From assembly GCA_951406725.2 (NCBI GenBank), contig OX597821.1, forward strand, positions 55,242,001-55,306,000: DNA of 64,000 nucleotides. Direction: 5' to 3'. Each line of letters opens with the position of its first letter. Position 1 is the stretch's first letter. Below are positions 13,040-28,080 of the stretch, piece by piece. The notes under the pieces are model-generated. The model saw only the letters and a program-made list of their open reading frames with translations, did not search any database and had not been told where the DNA came from. The translations under genes were made by a program, and so were the position numbers. This DNA comes from Octopus vulgaris (Eukaryota).

Positions 13040-13514
13040 AAAATGAGAAAAAAGCCAAGGCCGTGAGGAATTTATAAAACATTTATAAAGAGAAAGGTAG
13101 TCTTACAGCTGTTTCTGGGATATTAGGGATATCCCTTCGCCAGAGACGGTATGAGAGGGAAATAGTAGAGTTCAATATAAAGAGTTATTTTGGAAAAGAA
13201 TGGATATAGGAAGTATAAAGGGAAATAAGAAAATAAAAATAAAGATAAAAATATACGTAGGATGTTACAGTTGCAGTTCCGTTATCCAAGGAAAGTGCTG
13301 TGTAGTATGGATAGAAATGCTTCTTGTCCATGGTATGTAGATTCCAAAATACCTCCTTATATTGAAGTCTACTATTTCCCTCTAGTTAACTCTCTCATAC
13401 CCTCTCTAATGAAGGGATATACCCTAATATCCCAGAAATAGCTGTAAGATTACCTTTCTCTTTATAAATTTCCTATAAATTCCACACTACCTTGGCTTTG
13501 CTGTCTCATTTTAT
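13040..13514. repeat. Fold-back element with ~140 bp inverted arms, each carrying an HHR (13101-13146 minus; 13403-13449 plus)
   Basis: Arms are ~13040-13180 and ~13358-13514. Each reads outward tct-CT(GGC/AAT)GA-A-GGGATA..TATCCC-A-GAAA-(C/T)AGCTG-TA-aga. Confidence 0.85.
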
Positions 13515-13989
13515 TCCAGCCCACACAAGATAAAGCGACTCTTCACTCGTATTATTATCAAACCGAGAGTCTAACTACGGTCCTCACATACCACTTACAT
13601 AGCCTTACCTGCCATCTTGGGCCTTCCTGGATACCAATATCTCTCATATATGTATTTATATACACATATATTTTTACAAACCATGTACCTTTTTTAATAT
13701 ACTTGTGCGTATGTATACCTATACAAGTACAATATGTGCACGCGCACACACACACACACACACGCACGGACATACACACAATTCTAAGCTTTTGATGCTA
13801 CTTTACTCTGCCACTGTTTGTGGCCATGCTTGGAGAAATTTTGTGTGAGTGTGTGTGAGTGTGTATTGCGTTTGTGTGTGTATTTTCGTCTTTTACTAGT
13901 TTCAGTTCGAGAACGGCGGCCATGTTTGAACACCCTTAGCTTTGCTACACTTTCACTACTTGAAACCTCTTATGTCAAGTGAAATTTGG

Positions 13990-14270
13990 TGAATGATGGA
14001 GTTAGATGAGGCTACCTTCATGTGTGTTTCCTGCTGTGAGGTAGGCTCGTCAGGAACCTTTGACGGGAAGAGATCCAGTTTTGTTTCGAATCATATAGGT
14101 CACTCAGGTGATTTGGGAGCATACTGAAGATTTGTGGGCTCTTGAAATCCAAACTGTTACAGTATCTGCTCTCGTGTACTGATAGTGATGCTGGGATCTT
14201 TGCGACTATGCAATGGCACCGCGTACTGCTGTTTGCATAATTCCTTCCAGGATTTACTACTACCTCCATT
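13990..14270 (-). mobile_element. LINE (CR1/L2-group) ORF2 C-terminal remnant
   Basis: Minus: NSLDFKSPQIFSMLPNHLSDL, then frameshifted FETKLDLFPSKVPDEP. Confidence 0.55.
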
Positions 14271-15412
14271 TTTATATCTGTAGTGGTAAAACATTCTACA
14301 GGTGTGCTGGCTTACATGTGCCATAAGTGTTTGGGGAAAACGCTATTCAATTGTTCATTCAGTGTTTCACTTATCTTGATTTGGTTTCTCGAGAGGACAC
14401 CATCTTTCTGGGGGAGTAGCCCTATCCCGCAACGCACTACCATTTTAAAAGACAACCACAATAAATGATGGTGGTTTAGTGTATCCTAACATAATGCTGT
14501 GTTCGTGGTTTGAATTCTTATGCCTATACATCTGCTTGGTAACGTTTGACTTAGAATAAAAACCCACAATATAATGACATAATTTTCTCTGGTTGCAGAC
14601 CGTGTGTGTGTTTCATGTGAGTATGTGTGGTGTGCACGTGTGTGTATATGGTTGTGTATATGAGAGAGAGAGGGAGAGACAAAGTAATTATTTCCATGTA
14701 GGTAGGCATAGACATATGGACTTGCTCAAACAAAGTCCACATACACCCGTATTTTGAAACAGTTTCAAAATTACTTAGTAGTTTAGTAACTTCTAAGTAG
14801 TTTATAACTGCAAGTTCTAAAATAATGCAATTATTCGTTACTAACATATATTTATCAATCTATATTCCTCAAGATAACTTGTACTGTGAATTTTATGTGT
14901 TCTTCACATGACATATATCTGATGTCCAGTCTTCCAGTTGGCTTTATTGCTGATCACATGCTGAGTGGCTCTGTAAATTCGAGAAATCAAATTATACTGA
15001 CTAGTTTCATGTGAATGAGAGAGACCGGCAGATAGACGAACGTTGAAACACAACGTATAAGGTGTCAAACTGTATCCCTGTTTGTTGAAAAGTTCTTTGG
15101 ATCCTATAAACATATGATATGATTTCAAACTATACGTCTACCTTGTTCACTTGTTCAGAGCATATCACTTCAGAATCATCTAAATAGAGCAATGGTATAT
15201 ATGTTCTGTAATGTTTAGACAGTTAGTTTTGAACTATAAAATTAGGAGAGTGAAGCTGTGAGAAATAATAATACAGCCAATTTTAACTACATAGTTTTAA
15301 CTATGAGAATCTGACCCCCAAAACTCCGGTTAACCTTATTGTTCTGTAAATCAATTATCATTCCCCCTCTAAAATAAAAAGACCTTTCTGTACTGGTTAG
15401 TTTTATGTTTAT

Positions 15413-15675
15413 TCTCTTGTATAAAATCCGTTCAGTGTGTGTGTGTGTGTGTGTGTCTTCTCGGATCTCAGGCATCCTCCATCCGATTGCGCTCAAATTT
15501 GGGATAGAAAAAGAGTCTATCTTTATTTCTTCTTTTGCTGGTCTCTCAAATTTAGGTTAAATCAGTGTTTCTCAAACGGGAGGTCTATGGAACTGTCGGA
15601 CAAGTTGTTTTGAGAAAATTTGGTTTAAATGTTTGACAACTGAGCACGCTCCATTGGGTCGGGGGCGTTTAGCTC

Positions 15676-15676
<1 letters not shown>
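15413..15676 (+). mobile_element. Probable non-autonomous Helitron
   Basis: 5' TC followed by tataaaa and a (TG)n tract like the 30372/42880 copies. 3' hairpin acgctcc..gggcgt followed by CTCG, a non-canonical end. Confidence 0.45.
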
Positions 15677-18188
<2,512 letters not shown>

Positions 18189-19065
18189 TATATATTCATG
18201 TGTGTGTATGCGTGCGTATGTGTGTGTGCGCACGCGTTGTAACATTGTGAGTACTGTAGTATATGTTACGTTGTAATTGGTCTTCAGGTTTGCTTTGATC
18301 GGCATTCAAATCGTATCCATCCCACATTTTAATATTTATACTTATGCCAGATGCTTCAACTGTGATTGGCCCTTGGTGAACTAAATGAAAGAACATGTTT
18401 CCATTGTTGTTATATCTATTTCCTTTACACTTCAATATCTCTTTATGAAGATTTGAAAATAATTTCCAGAATTTTGATATCAAAGCAACTGATGATGCGT
18501 AAGGCTAAAATTTGGTATGAGAAAACCTAGAAAGTCAGAATCTATAGCGCTGGATTACCTCATATTATACTGTTTGTTATTAACATGCAAAAGGGAAAAG
18601 CAGAAAGGCATAGCTAGAGAGATAATGCACATATATGAAAATACTGATGGTTACATGAAAATGATATTAGAGGAAGATCGATTTACTGAGATGTAGATAT
18701 TAGTAGTTCAAATCTTATCGAGCGTGCGAATGTATTTAATGAAAGAGATTCTATCTTCAGAAGAAGTTAAAAGCTATCGCAGCAAAAAGATTTTTTTAAC
18801 TGTTGTAGAACAATATCTCTATTATTTCTCAATAATTCATTCACATATATGCGAGTGCACACATGCACACCTGTTCACTTTCTCCCCGTCTCTTCCTGTC
18901 CCTCCATCTCTCTTTCGCTCTTTCTCACGCACACAAACCTCCGGGTAATAACTTAGAGCAATCAGTTTCACCATGCAAATTTTCATTTATTCTTGTGTTG
19001 AATAATTCTGAATCTTTTAAATGCAAATATCTACAAAACACAGATACCCAACCTCCTACGTGTGT

Positions 19066-19350
19066 CTTTTATCTCTTACTTGTTTCAAGCATTATACTGT
19101 GGCTATGCTGGGGCACTGCCTTGAAGAAGTTTTGGCCGAATGAATCTACTCCCAGTACTTAGCTTTTATTTTTGATGTTGAGCCTGGTTTTTATTCTATC
19201 GGTCCCTTTTGCCGAGCCGTTTCGTTACGGGGACCTAAACCCAGCATCACCGGTTGTCAAATCATGTGGTAGTGGGAGATATACACAGACACGATTAAAT
19301 ACAGACACACATATATACATACGACGGGCTTCTTTCATTTTCCATATTTC
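19066..19350 (-). mobile_element. SINE 3' part (same family as 29503, 32010, 60548)
   Basis: Shares the gcagtgccccagcatagccacagt..gaaacaagtaaga tail and the gtccccgtaac..cggcaaaa domain. Confidence 0.7.
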
Positions 19351-19394
19351 TTACCACACAGACATGCATGCACATTATATCTTATGAAAGTACG

Positions 19395-19432
<38 letters not shown>

Positions 19433-19844
19433 GAAGTGACTAAGGGCATGAGTCAGCACCAGCATTGCTAGAAGTAAGAGTCAAAACAACTCATTACCAT
19501 GGAAAGCACTTACTTTATGACTGACAAGAGAGGCAAGCTCCCTACAGCACCCGGGGCATAGCCAGATCACCAGTGATTTCGAATTTGATTGACGCTCGTC
19601 AGTGGCTCTTGCCTGACTGCATAGGGTTAAGCTAGCTCGCCTTGTCAGTTTATGTGGATTATAGTAGAAATCGTACGCTGATTTCATAAATCGTAAAAGT
19701 GAAAATTATAAATAATAAAGGTGGCTTATTTGCAATTTACAACCGAAAGGTGTAAGTATAGACGTCACTGAAGTGACTAAGGGTACTAGTTAGCAGTAGC
19801 ATTGCTAGAAATGAGAGTCAAAACAAGTCTTAGCCATGAGAGGA

Positions 19845-20018
19845 AGACAGGCGAGATAACAAGCAGAAGTATTAGTCTGATGCTCAGGAAGAATGGAAAT
19901 GTCTTTGACGCTTCGACCCTACGCTCTTCGACAGGAATGGTTGGGAAGAACAAAATGGAGACGGAACGTAAAGAAAAACACGGAGAATGAAAAACATGCG
20001 TAGGGATTAACGGTTCAA
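19845..20018 (-). mobile_element. Short HHR-bearing unit, family A, copy 2 (HHR 19904-19937)
   Basis: Minus: ttc-CTGTCGA-A-GAGC-gtag-GGTC-GAAG-CG-TC-aaa. Confidence 0.7.
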
Positions 20019-20070
20019 CACACACACATACACATATATGTATGTATTTCTCTCTCCCCCTCTCTCGCTC

Positions 20071-20130
<60 letters not shown>

Positions 20131-22635
20131 ATACTTTCACACGAAGAGAGAAAGTGGTAACAACAACTTCGATGTGTCAGCAGTTAGAACCCTATTTGTA
20201 GTTCTTTCACCTCATCTTTGAACTGTCTTTAATTTTGCACCATAAATGTGCATGTCTGAGTGTGTGTGTGTGTGTGTGCGTGAGTCACTGTGTGTATATG
20301 TGTGTGTTGTGTGTGTGTGTGTTACATGCGTGTGGGTGTTGTGCGTGTGTGGTGTGCATGTCTGTGTCTGTGTAAATGACGTGGGGGAAAACTACTACCA
20401 AATCATGAAGGTGAACGCGTGCCTAGGAGTTTAAGTACCAAAAATACTTCCACTTACACCAAAAGTCAGATACATTGTACTACGTAAAAAGTATGTACCA
20501 ATAGAAAACATACCTAGGAGGGAGAAAAAATATAATATTTCTACAGATAAGGCCTGCCATCACGAGCAAAGAAATTACTAATACATTGAGAACTGCTAGA
20601 AACTGGAAAATGTCACCACGAATCATTGTATCCAATCTTCTGGCTGATACATCACACTTATAGCTGTGATCTAATGAAATGATAGGTAGACAAAATTTTA
20701 GAAGGACCGCTTTTCTATATGAACTTATCACTCAGGAATATGCGGGAATGAAAGTAATCTATATGCATTTTGCCAAGTCGTATAGGTCAAGTGATATCTT
20801 TTAGATTAGGTAAGGATAGTATATGGCATCATGTTTTACTTGTAAGGCCAAGGACGAGATGAACAAACAAGCAATGTGGGAGTGTTACACGTGTCCCCAT
20901 CGACTAATGTCGTTACACTTGGAACAAAGAAATCCGCAATCATGTTGAGAGACATTGGTGACGATGGTGACCTCTGGTTTGCAGCTGCTTCAATAGAATA
21001 ATGAGTATATGGTCGCCAGAGTTTGTTGTACTCTGGAGTGGAATGATGAGCCCCAACAGCACATGTGACTTTAAATATCACTTAGGGGCTTGCGCATCAA
21101 AAGACTAGGGAGGAAAAAAAACATGTAACACCCGCTAAAGTGAGCCACGGAATCCGCTTGTCTTGTGGCATTATATGGCACAACTAATGAAACGTAGATA
21201 TATCAGACCAGAAAGCCAATTAAATTTTTATCCCGGCCATACCTAACAGCACAACCCCATCATCTTGTGACGATGAAGAACTGATGGGAACGAGCAGGAA
21301 CAACAGGCTCCTAGAGAGAGTGAGGAAGGCAATACAAAGGTACATGATGACTCAAAGATAGAACACATTTCAAGGGGTGACAGGTAACACATTTAAGGAT
21401 CTCATTTCTTCCTATCTCCCACGTTGCATTGAAATTCACAGTTCTTCGTACAACAAAGAACAGATGCAAGACAAAGAAACTATCCAACTACCTTTGAGAT
21501 AAATTCATAGCTGACTGGTGAGGTGATGGTATCCGACTACGTGAGGACCTCGAAAATAAATGACAACCGAAGAATAATTTTCTGAGGAACTTTGCATGAA
21601 CCATGATGAGGACGTATTTTCGTGACAAATCATATTCCCAACGGTTATTATTTTCATGGGTATATATGTGAACTGCCAAACCGGAAAAAAGATGGTCATG
21701 AAACAGAATAAGTGTCGTTCAAGCGAACGTTTCTCACCCGTGTGTAGGTGTGTTGCCATATTTGTTTTGTTTATATTCATATCCTGTCTTAATATCTTAT
21801 GTTAATACCTCTTTTTGTTTTAAAATAATATCTGTTTTAAGCAACTTCGTTATATAACGTATTCAGCATTTCTTCGTTTCTGCACGACGGCCTTGACCAC
21901 GTTCGCAAGGTTTGTTACCCCATGTGTAATATTTTATTTGTACTTATGCGTAGATACTTGTGGTGAATCCTCCTCCTCCTCCTCCTCCTTCTCCTCCTAG
22001 TCGTCGTCGTCGTTGTTGTTATTACCGAAGTTTAAACACTTTTATAGACGTTCAAATGTTTTGTATTTTATTCAATACTTGTTCTGATTAATGAGCTGCA
22101 TAAATGATAATTAGTTGGTTATTAATGCAAAAATAAGTTCGTGTAATGAAGACCATGTGAGGACAAAACTATGACGAACACCAGCTAACAAGCTAGCTGC
22201 CCCTTCCGGCTATACACACAAGATTAGGGAACACCACTAATGAATAACTAATGATCACGAGATGTGTATGTGTGTGTATGTATGTGTATGTGTGTGCTTG
22301 TGTATGTGCTTGTGTGTATATGTGTGTTCGCGTGCCTGTGTGTGTGTGTGAGTTAATGTGTGTGTAGATGTCTATATAATTTTGTATGAGAGTATGGTGA
22401 CTGTTCTAATATACAGTGAGTTATTTAGTATAGTCAATTGTTCGAGCGTGATTCTTTTTAACCGTTTAGACGTACGATAGAACATATTAATCAAACGAAT
22501 TATATATGCATGTATATGATATGTATGAATGTGTGTGTGTGTGTATGTATATATAGAGATAGATAGATATATACATACACGCATACGCGCACTAGACATG
22601 CATACATGCATATACATATATAAATCTATGTATGC

Positions 22636-22712
<77 letters not shown>

Positions 22713-23854
22713 TATGCATGTACCTGTGCATCGGTATTTCGCAACATTGTTATTAACAAGTAAATATATTACAATACATTCAAAAATGATAATGTGTTTG
22801 TGTATATGTGGGACTACCATTGTAATCCAGTAACTATAAAACCAACTATTTCTGTTGTACTGCATATATCTAGCAATGACACACGCACTACTACAAACCT
22901 TGTAAATTCTCTGTTAACCATAAACTCTTTCTATTTGAGGAAATGTACATACATGAGTGGTTGGATGCCTGTATGTATGCGTGTATGAGAGCGTTAATTT
23001 GTGTGTATGTCAGATGAGTTTTCGTTGATGTTTGTGTTTCTGATGTGGTGAGTGATTATGTATGAACCACTACAAATAATTTCTAACCATTAACAAAGAT
23101 TGCTGAAACACAAGTAAACCAACCACGAAGTAATTTGGTACTCCGTTCTACAAAACCGAAAACTAATATTTGAAGAAATGGCGAAGAGTTTTGGGAAAAT
23201 TCTAATGTTACAATCAGAGGAGGGGAAGAGGGAAAGGGGGAAAGAGAGAAAGATAGGGAGGGTAAGGGAGTGGATAGTCGAGATTCTGCTTTTAGTGGAA
23301 CCAAATGAGCTGCCGTGTGTCTTGTAAGTTGTTCGATCTATTGATATTGCAGTTCAACCTTTCATCACACTTCTTTTGTCAAGTATTCGTCCTTGATTCA
23401 ATGAAAAATACTTCCAAGAGATTCATTAGTTCCTGACACAGAATTAATGAAACATGGGCAGCGAAAAAAAAAAAACAAAACAACAAACCAAGAAACGAAA
23501 AGAAAAGTATATAAAGAAAACCATTGTATTATTCAGATTTTTTTCTTGATGTTAGTGTTTCGCCAGCTGCTTCCGTTGCAAAGCTATTACTATAACTACT
23601 ACTAGTAGTGGTGGTGGCAGCAGCAACCGTTAGTGATTGTAAAAGTAGTAGTTACAGTACAAACGCACATGTATGTAGGAGATAGGAAATAGTTGATGGA
23701 ATAGAGTCATGTCTACTACTGATGCTAACTTTCTGTTGTTAGGGAAAATGAAATATTAACGACAACGTGTGAGTTACGAATATAATTATACTGAACTGTT
23801 TGACTCATTTAGTTTCTTCTAGTTGAAAAGTGTTACCACTAACAAAAACAGCAT

Positions 23855-24966
23855 AAAAATAATAATCGTTTCAATTATAGGCACATTGTCTGATATTTGG
23901 TGGGAGTGGAGCTAGTCTATTACATCTAGACAAAAGTTCAACTTATTTTACCAATTCCGAAACGATGAAAAGCAAAGTACACCTCGTCAGAATTAGATCT
24001 CAGAACGCAATGACCAACGAAATGTCGCTAAGCACTTTTCCCGGTTATATAATGATTTTGCTAGTTCGCCGCAATGATAATAATCCTTTCTACAATAGTC
24101 ACACAACCTCAAACTTGTGGGGAGGAGGTAAGTCGATCACATTGACGCCAGCACTTTACTGGTACTTAATTTATCGATCCCGAAAGAATAAAAGGCAAAG
24201 TCGACCTCGGCAACATTTGAAAAAAAAGAACGTAAAGACGGGCGAAATACTGCTAAGCATTTTACTCGGTGTGCTAACGATTCTTTCTGCTTGCTGCAAT
24301 AATAGTTATTATTATTTCTACTCTAGGCACAAGGCCTTGAAAATTTTGAGGGGAGGGAGTAGTCGATTATATCAAACCCGGTGCGTAACTGGTACTTATT
24401 TCATCGATCCCGAAAGGATGAAAGGCAAAGACAACCTCGGCGGAATTTGAACTCAAAATGTAGCGGCAGACGAAATACCGCTCAGAATTTCACCCGGGGT
24501 GCCAACGATTCTGCCAGCACACCGCCTTCATAATAATGATAACAACAACAACAACAACAATAATAATAATAATAATCTTTTCTACTATAGGCACAAGGCC
24601 TGAATTTGGTGGATTAGATCGACCCCAATGCGCAAGTAGTACTTAATTTATCGGCCCCGAAAGGATGAAAGACAAAGTCGACCTCGGCGGAGTTTGAACT
24701 AGGAACGTAACGGTAGACGAAATACCTATTTCTTTACTGCCCACAAGGGGCTACACACAGAGGGGACAAACTAGGACAGACAAACGGATTAAGTCGATTA
24801 TATCGACCCCAGTGCGTAACTTGTACTTAATTTATCGACCCCGAAAGGATGAAAGGCAAGGCAAAGTCGACCTCGGCGGAATTTGAACCCAGAAAGTAAA
24901 GACGGACGAAATACCGCTAAGTATTTCGCCCGGTGTGCTAATCAGTCTGCTTGTTCGCGGTCTTCA
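23855..24966 (-). mobile_element. Head-to-tail cluster of ~5 Deu/Nin-like SINE copies
   Basis: Repeated gaaaggatgaaaggcaaagtcgacctcggcggaatttgaac blocks, mostly separated by short (AAT)n. Confidence 0.85.
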
Positions 24967-24979
24967 ATAATGATAATAA

Positions 24980-25513
24980 TGCGACACATTTGACGAAACA
25001 ATAGACCATCTTGTCCCAGGATATCATGTGCTGACACCAAACGAATAAAAAATCACCACGATAAGGTAGGACAGTATTTTCATTGGAAAATATGTAAACA
25101 CTACAAAATCAGCAATGATGGTTACTGGTATGAACATCCCCGCGAGATAATCCTCTAGGATTTGCCAGTCAACACTGACAGAACGATCCAGTCTAATCGA
25201 CCAGACATAATTATTAAAGACAGAGAAGAAAATACTTCCAGACTAATAGATGTAAGTGTTCCCACTGATGAAAATAAATCTGTAAAGGAATTTGAAATAT
25301 CAAGTTACTATAACGAGCTGGAATTTCAAATAAAAATATATCGCATCTTAAAGCGAGCACTGTTCCTGTTATTGTAGGTACCCTAGATGTAATAAAAAAA
25401 AGTAACGTCAGAAACTTCTAGATAAGATCCCAGGAGAACCATGTCTCAGAGAAATCCAAAAGATTGTGCTGACAAGTACTGACCACGTCCTGAGAAAAAC
25501 CATATCCATTTAA
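24980..25513 (+). mobile_element. R4/Dong-like LINE 3' remnant
   Basis: CDTFDETIDHLV.G...HDKVGQYFHWKICKHY...WYEH...TDRTIQSNRPDIIIKD...LIDVSVP...VPVIVGTL...IQKIVL. Confidence 0.85.
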
Positions 25514-25829
25514 ATGTCCGTGTTGTATTATATGAAGATATTTCACTGCTGCCCCTACCGCTTGCGACCCCAAGCTTTCAGTCATACTGTAGCATCTGTT
25601 ATCCTTTACTCGCCCAAGGACGACGTATTTCTTCGTCGAAACGGTGTCTTTAGTGGTTATAGAGTTTACGGTAGCTTAATATATGATGGTCTTGGACATG
25701 CAAGCTCCATTTAGCGGGCACAATTCTTTATTCCTGCATGAACAGCTGTTTTCTTGTTGTGTTTTTTGTATGTTATGTTTGATTATGTTTTTAAAATTGG
25801 TAGTGGAACTAAAACTAATTTTTAAATTG

Positions 25830-26670
25830 TGTCTATTGAAGAGTTTCCTATAAGTATGGTTAACTGGAAAATGTCTATCTATCAGTGCTAGGAAATATTT
25901 ACCTATATTAAAGGCTACCTTTAAAAGATAGTGGTTTTAGCGAAAAAATAAAATATACACCCATTACTAGCCCAACAGTAAGGAAAAGGAATAATAGAAA
26001 TAGGAAGGTCATCTGGTTTACGCCCCCTTACTCACCCGAGGTGGGCCTTACAGAGGGTAACCTCAAGGCCAGGTTCAATAACCACACTTTGAGCTTTAGG
26101 CACTGGAACAAAAGAAAAGCGACACAATTATCTAATCATATTTGGTCTTCAAGAAATAAAGGTGTCGATTATAACATACATTGGAAGATTTTGGCCAGAT
26201 GTAAACCCTATACCAACAGCAGCGGAAGGTGCGGTCTATGCGACATGGAGAGATGGCTTATCTGGAAAAGCAGCTTAGACCTTACTACATGTCTAAACAC
26301 AAGGACAGAACTTTTCGGATCATGCCCATATGTGACTAAATTTCTGTTACGTTTTTGGTCCCCTAAAGAAAACAGATAGAACATGCTTTCTATGTTATGT
26401 CCCAAGAAGATTTTATATATTTTTATATATTTTTTATATATTTTTATGTATTTTTATATAATTTTTATGACGAATAATGCGAGCGATGTATAAGTACGCA
26501 GGCAAGCAGAGTTATAACACAGTAATTTCCCTTTATATAACGGTATTTTTTCATAGCGTTTTCAAATAGCCAGATAACCGAAGAGATGGTGTTGTGGATT
26601 TCCACCACTTCGGAATCTGAAACTCAGAGTTTTATCTTGACTATCGAGTAATGTAACATATTATTGTATA
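25830..26670 (+). mobile_element. Nematis-type PLE, 5'-truncated and internally deleted, with GIY-YIG C-terminus and pLTR
   Basis: GFSEKIKY...RNRKVIWFTPPYSPE is joined directly to VGLTEGNLKARFNNH...LSNHIW...CGLCDME...LNTRTEL. Ends before (TA)n. Confidence 0.88.
26572..26637 (+). ncRNA. Type I hammerhead ribozyme in pLTR (U4C variant)
   Basis: agataa-CCGAAGA-gat...atc-t-GAAA-CTCAGAG-TT-ttatct, with a 6 bp stem I. Confidence 0.75.
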
Positions 26671-26685
26671 GATATATATATATTT

Positions 26686-26751
<66 letters not shown>

Positions 26752-26755
26752 TATG

Positions 26756-26816
<61 letters not shown>

Positions 26817-27699
26817 GTAAGTGCATCTCTATATGCAACTAAGTATCTGGAGAAACTGATAGAGATGGAAGAAGTCCCTCATTCAGACAGACAGTCAGAT
26901 GCATTAATATGAAAAGAGGAAGATAGTAAAGTAGAAAACAAGATTAACTGGCCGACAGTTAGGCAGGCAGAGAAAGAGTTACATATCGTCAGACTTGCAG
27001 AACCGATAAATTATGGGGAGTAATCAAACCAGGGTCAAACATAAACATAAAGACAGACATCGCAGCTGACATTCGTTAGATAAACTTTGATTTTTGTTGT
27101 ATTGCTCCAGGCCATGTTAATTTTTATTAGGTGTTACACTATATTCAACTCAACAATACCTCATCGGTGAAGAATTTCGATTAACAGTGACCCAGGTAAT
27201 TTGTCTACGTATTAACATTCATGATTAATTGCTCTGTATAAAATAAGTTCATGCCATACATCAAACCCTGGAAACGAAAGTGACGACAAATATAAGTTGA
27301 AACAAAAGAGATGTATCTATTTTACGCTTACGTACCCTATAAATAAAAACTAACAATAAAATATAAAAAGTCAGATTACACAATTGAAGAGATTGGAGAG
27401 TTGCGTTTGAATGTGAACAGCTGCTTTTAGTAATTGATATTGTGTCTAATTTATTGCACTATCTTCCTTCATTCGGATAAACGCATAAAAAAAAAACATT
27501 TCATTCCTTCGATAATAAATATACTAATTTAAAGAGCTTTAATATATAGAAGCTCACAAATCAGAAAGAATTGCATTCATTTACTGAGAATTTAAAATCT
27601 GTTAATTACTTAAGTTTGCATGGAAGGAGACAAAACCATTTTCATTTTCTATCAAGTATGGAGAGGAAACACTTGGTTGCAATTAATTTCTGTTTGACT

Positions 27700-28080
27700 C
27701 TCTATCTGTCTGTCTGTTTGTTTCTTCTCCCCCATCTCCCTCCCCTCTCTCTCTCCCTGTCTTTCTAAATCGGCAGATCTCCATTTGGTTATTGCTACGC
27801 AAATGAAAATGGTTGCTGGTGTCAAGTCTTGCTAAAATACAATGCTTATGCAAGAAGCTAGCAACTGCTGTCTGAGTGTCTGTCTATTTGTTTGTCTCTT
27901 CTCCCCATCCCCCCTTCACTCTCTCTAGTTTCTATCTCTCCCTCTAATCTCTCTCACTCTCTTTCTCTCTCTTTCTAAATCGCTTGATGACCATTTAGTT
28001 ATTGCTACTGAAATGAGGATGCCAGCTGGTCCCAAGTTTTGGTGAAAGAGAAAGCTTGAGCTAGACGCTAGCAACCGTTC
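27700..28080. repeat. Diverged tandem duplication (~170-210 bp unit)
   Basis: ctttctaaatcg..ccattt.gttattgctac..aaatga..gctggt..caagt..gctagcaac occurs twice. Confidence 0.75.

Noticed and set aside
18196-18483. 95 aa non-repetitive ORF as a host exon (also 43905-44147 and 11886-11980)
   Set aside because: No recognisable domain or convincing splice context; RNA-seq would be needed.
20480-20731. Possible GIY-YIG remnant (YKCDVSARRLDTMIR) on the minus strand
   Set aside because: The YIG motif is missing and similarity is marginal.
23855-24966. Regularly recurring motif resembling a CRISPR array
   Set aside because: The units are ~200 bp diverged SINE copies, with no unique spacers and no cas genes, in eukaryotic DNA.
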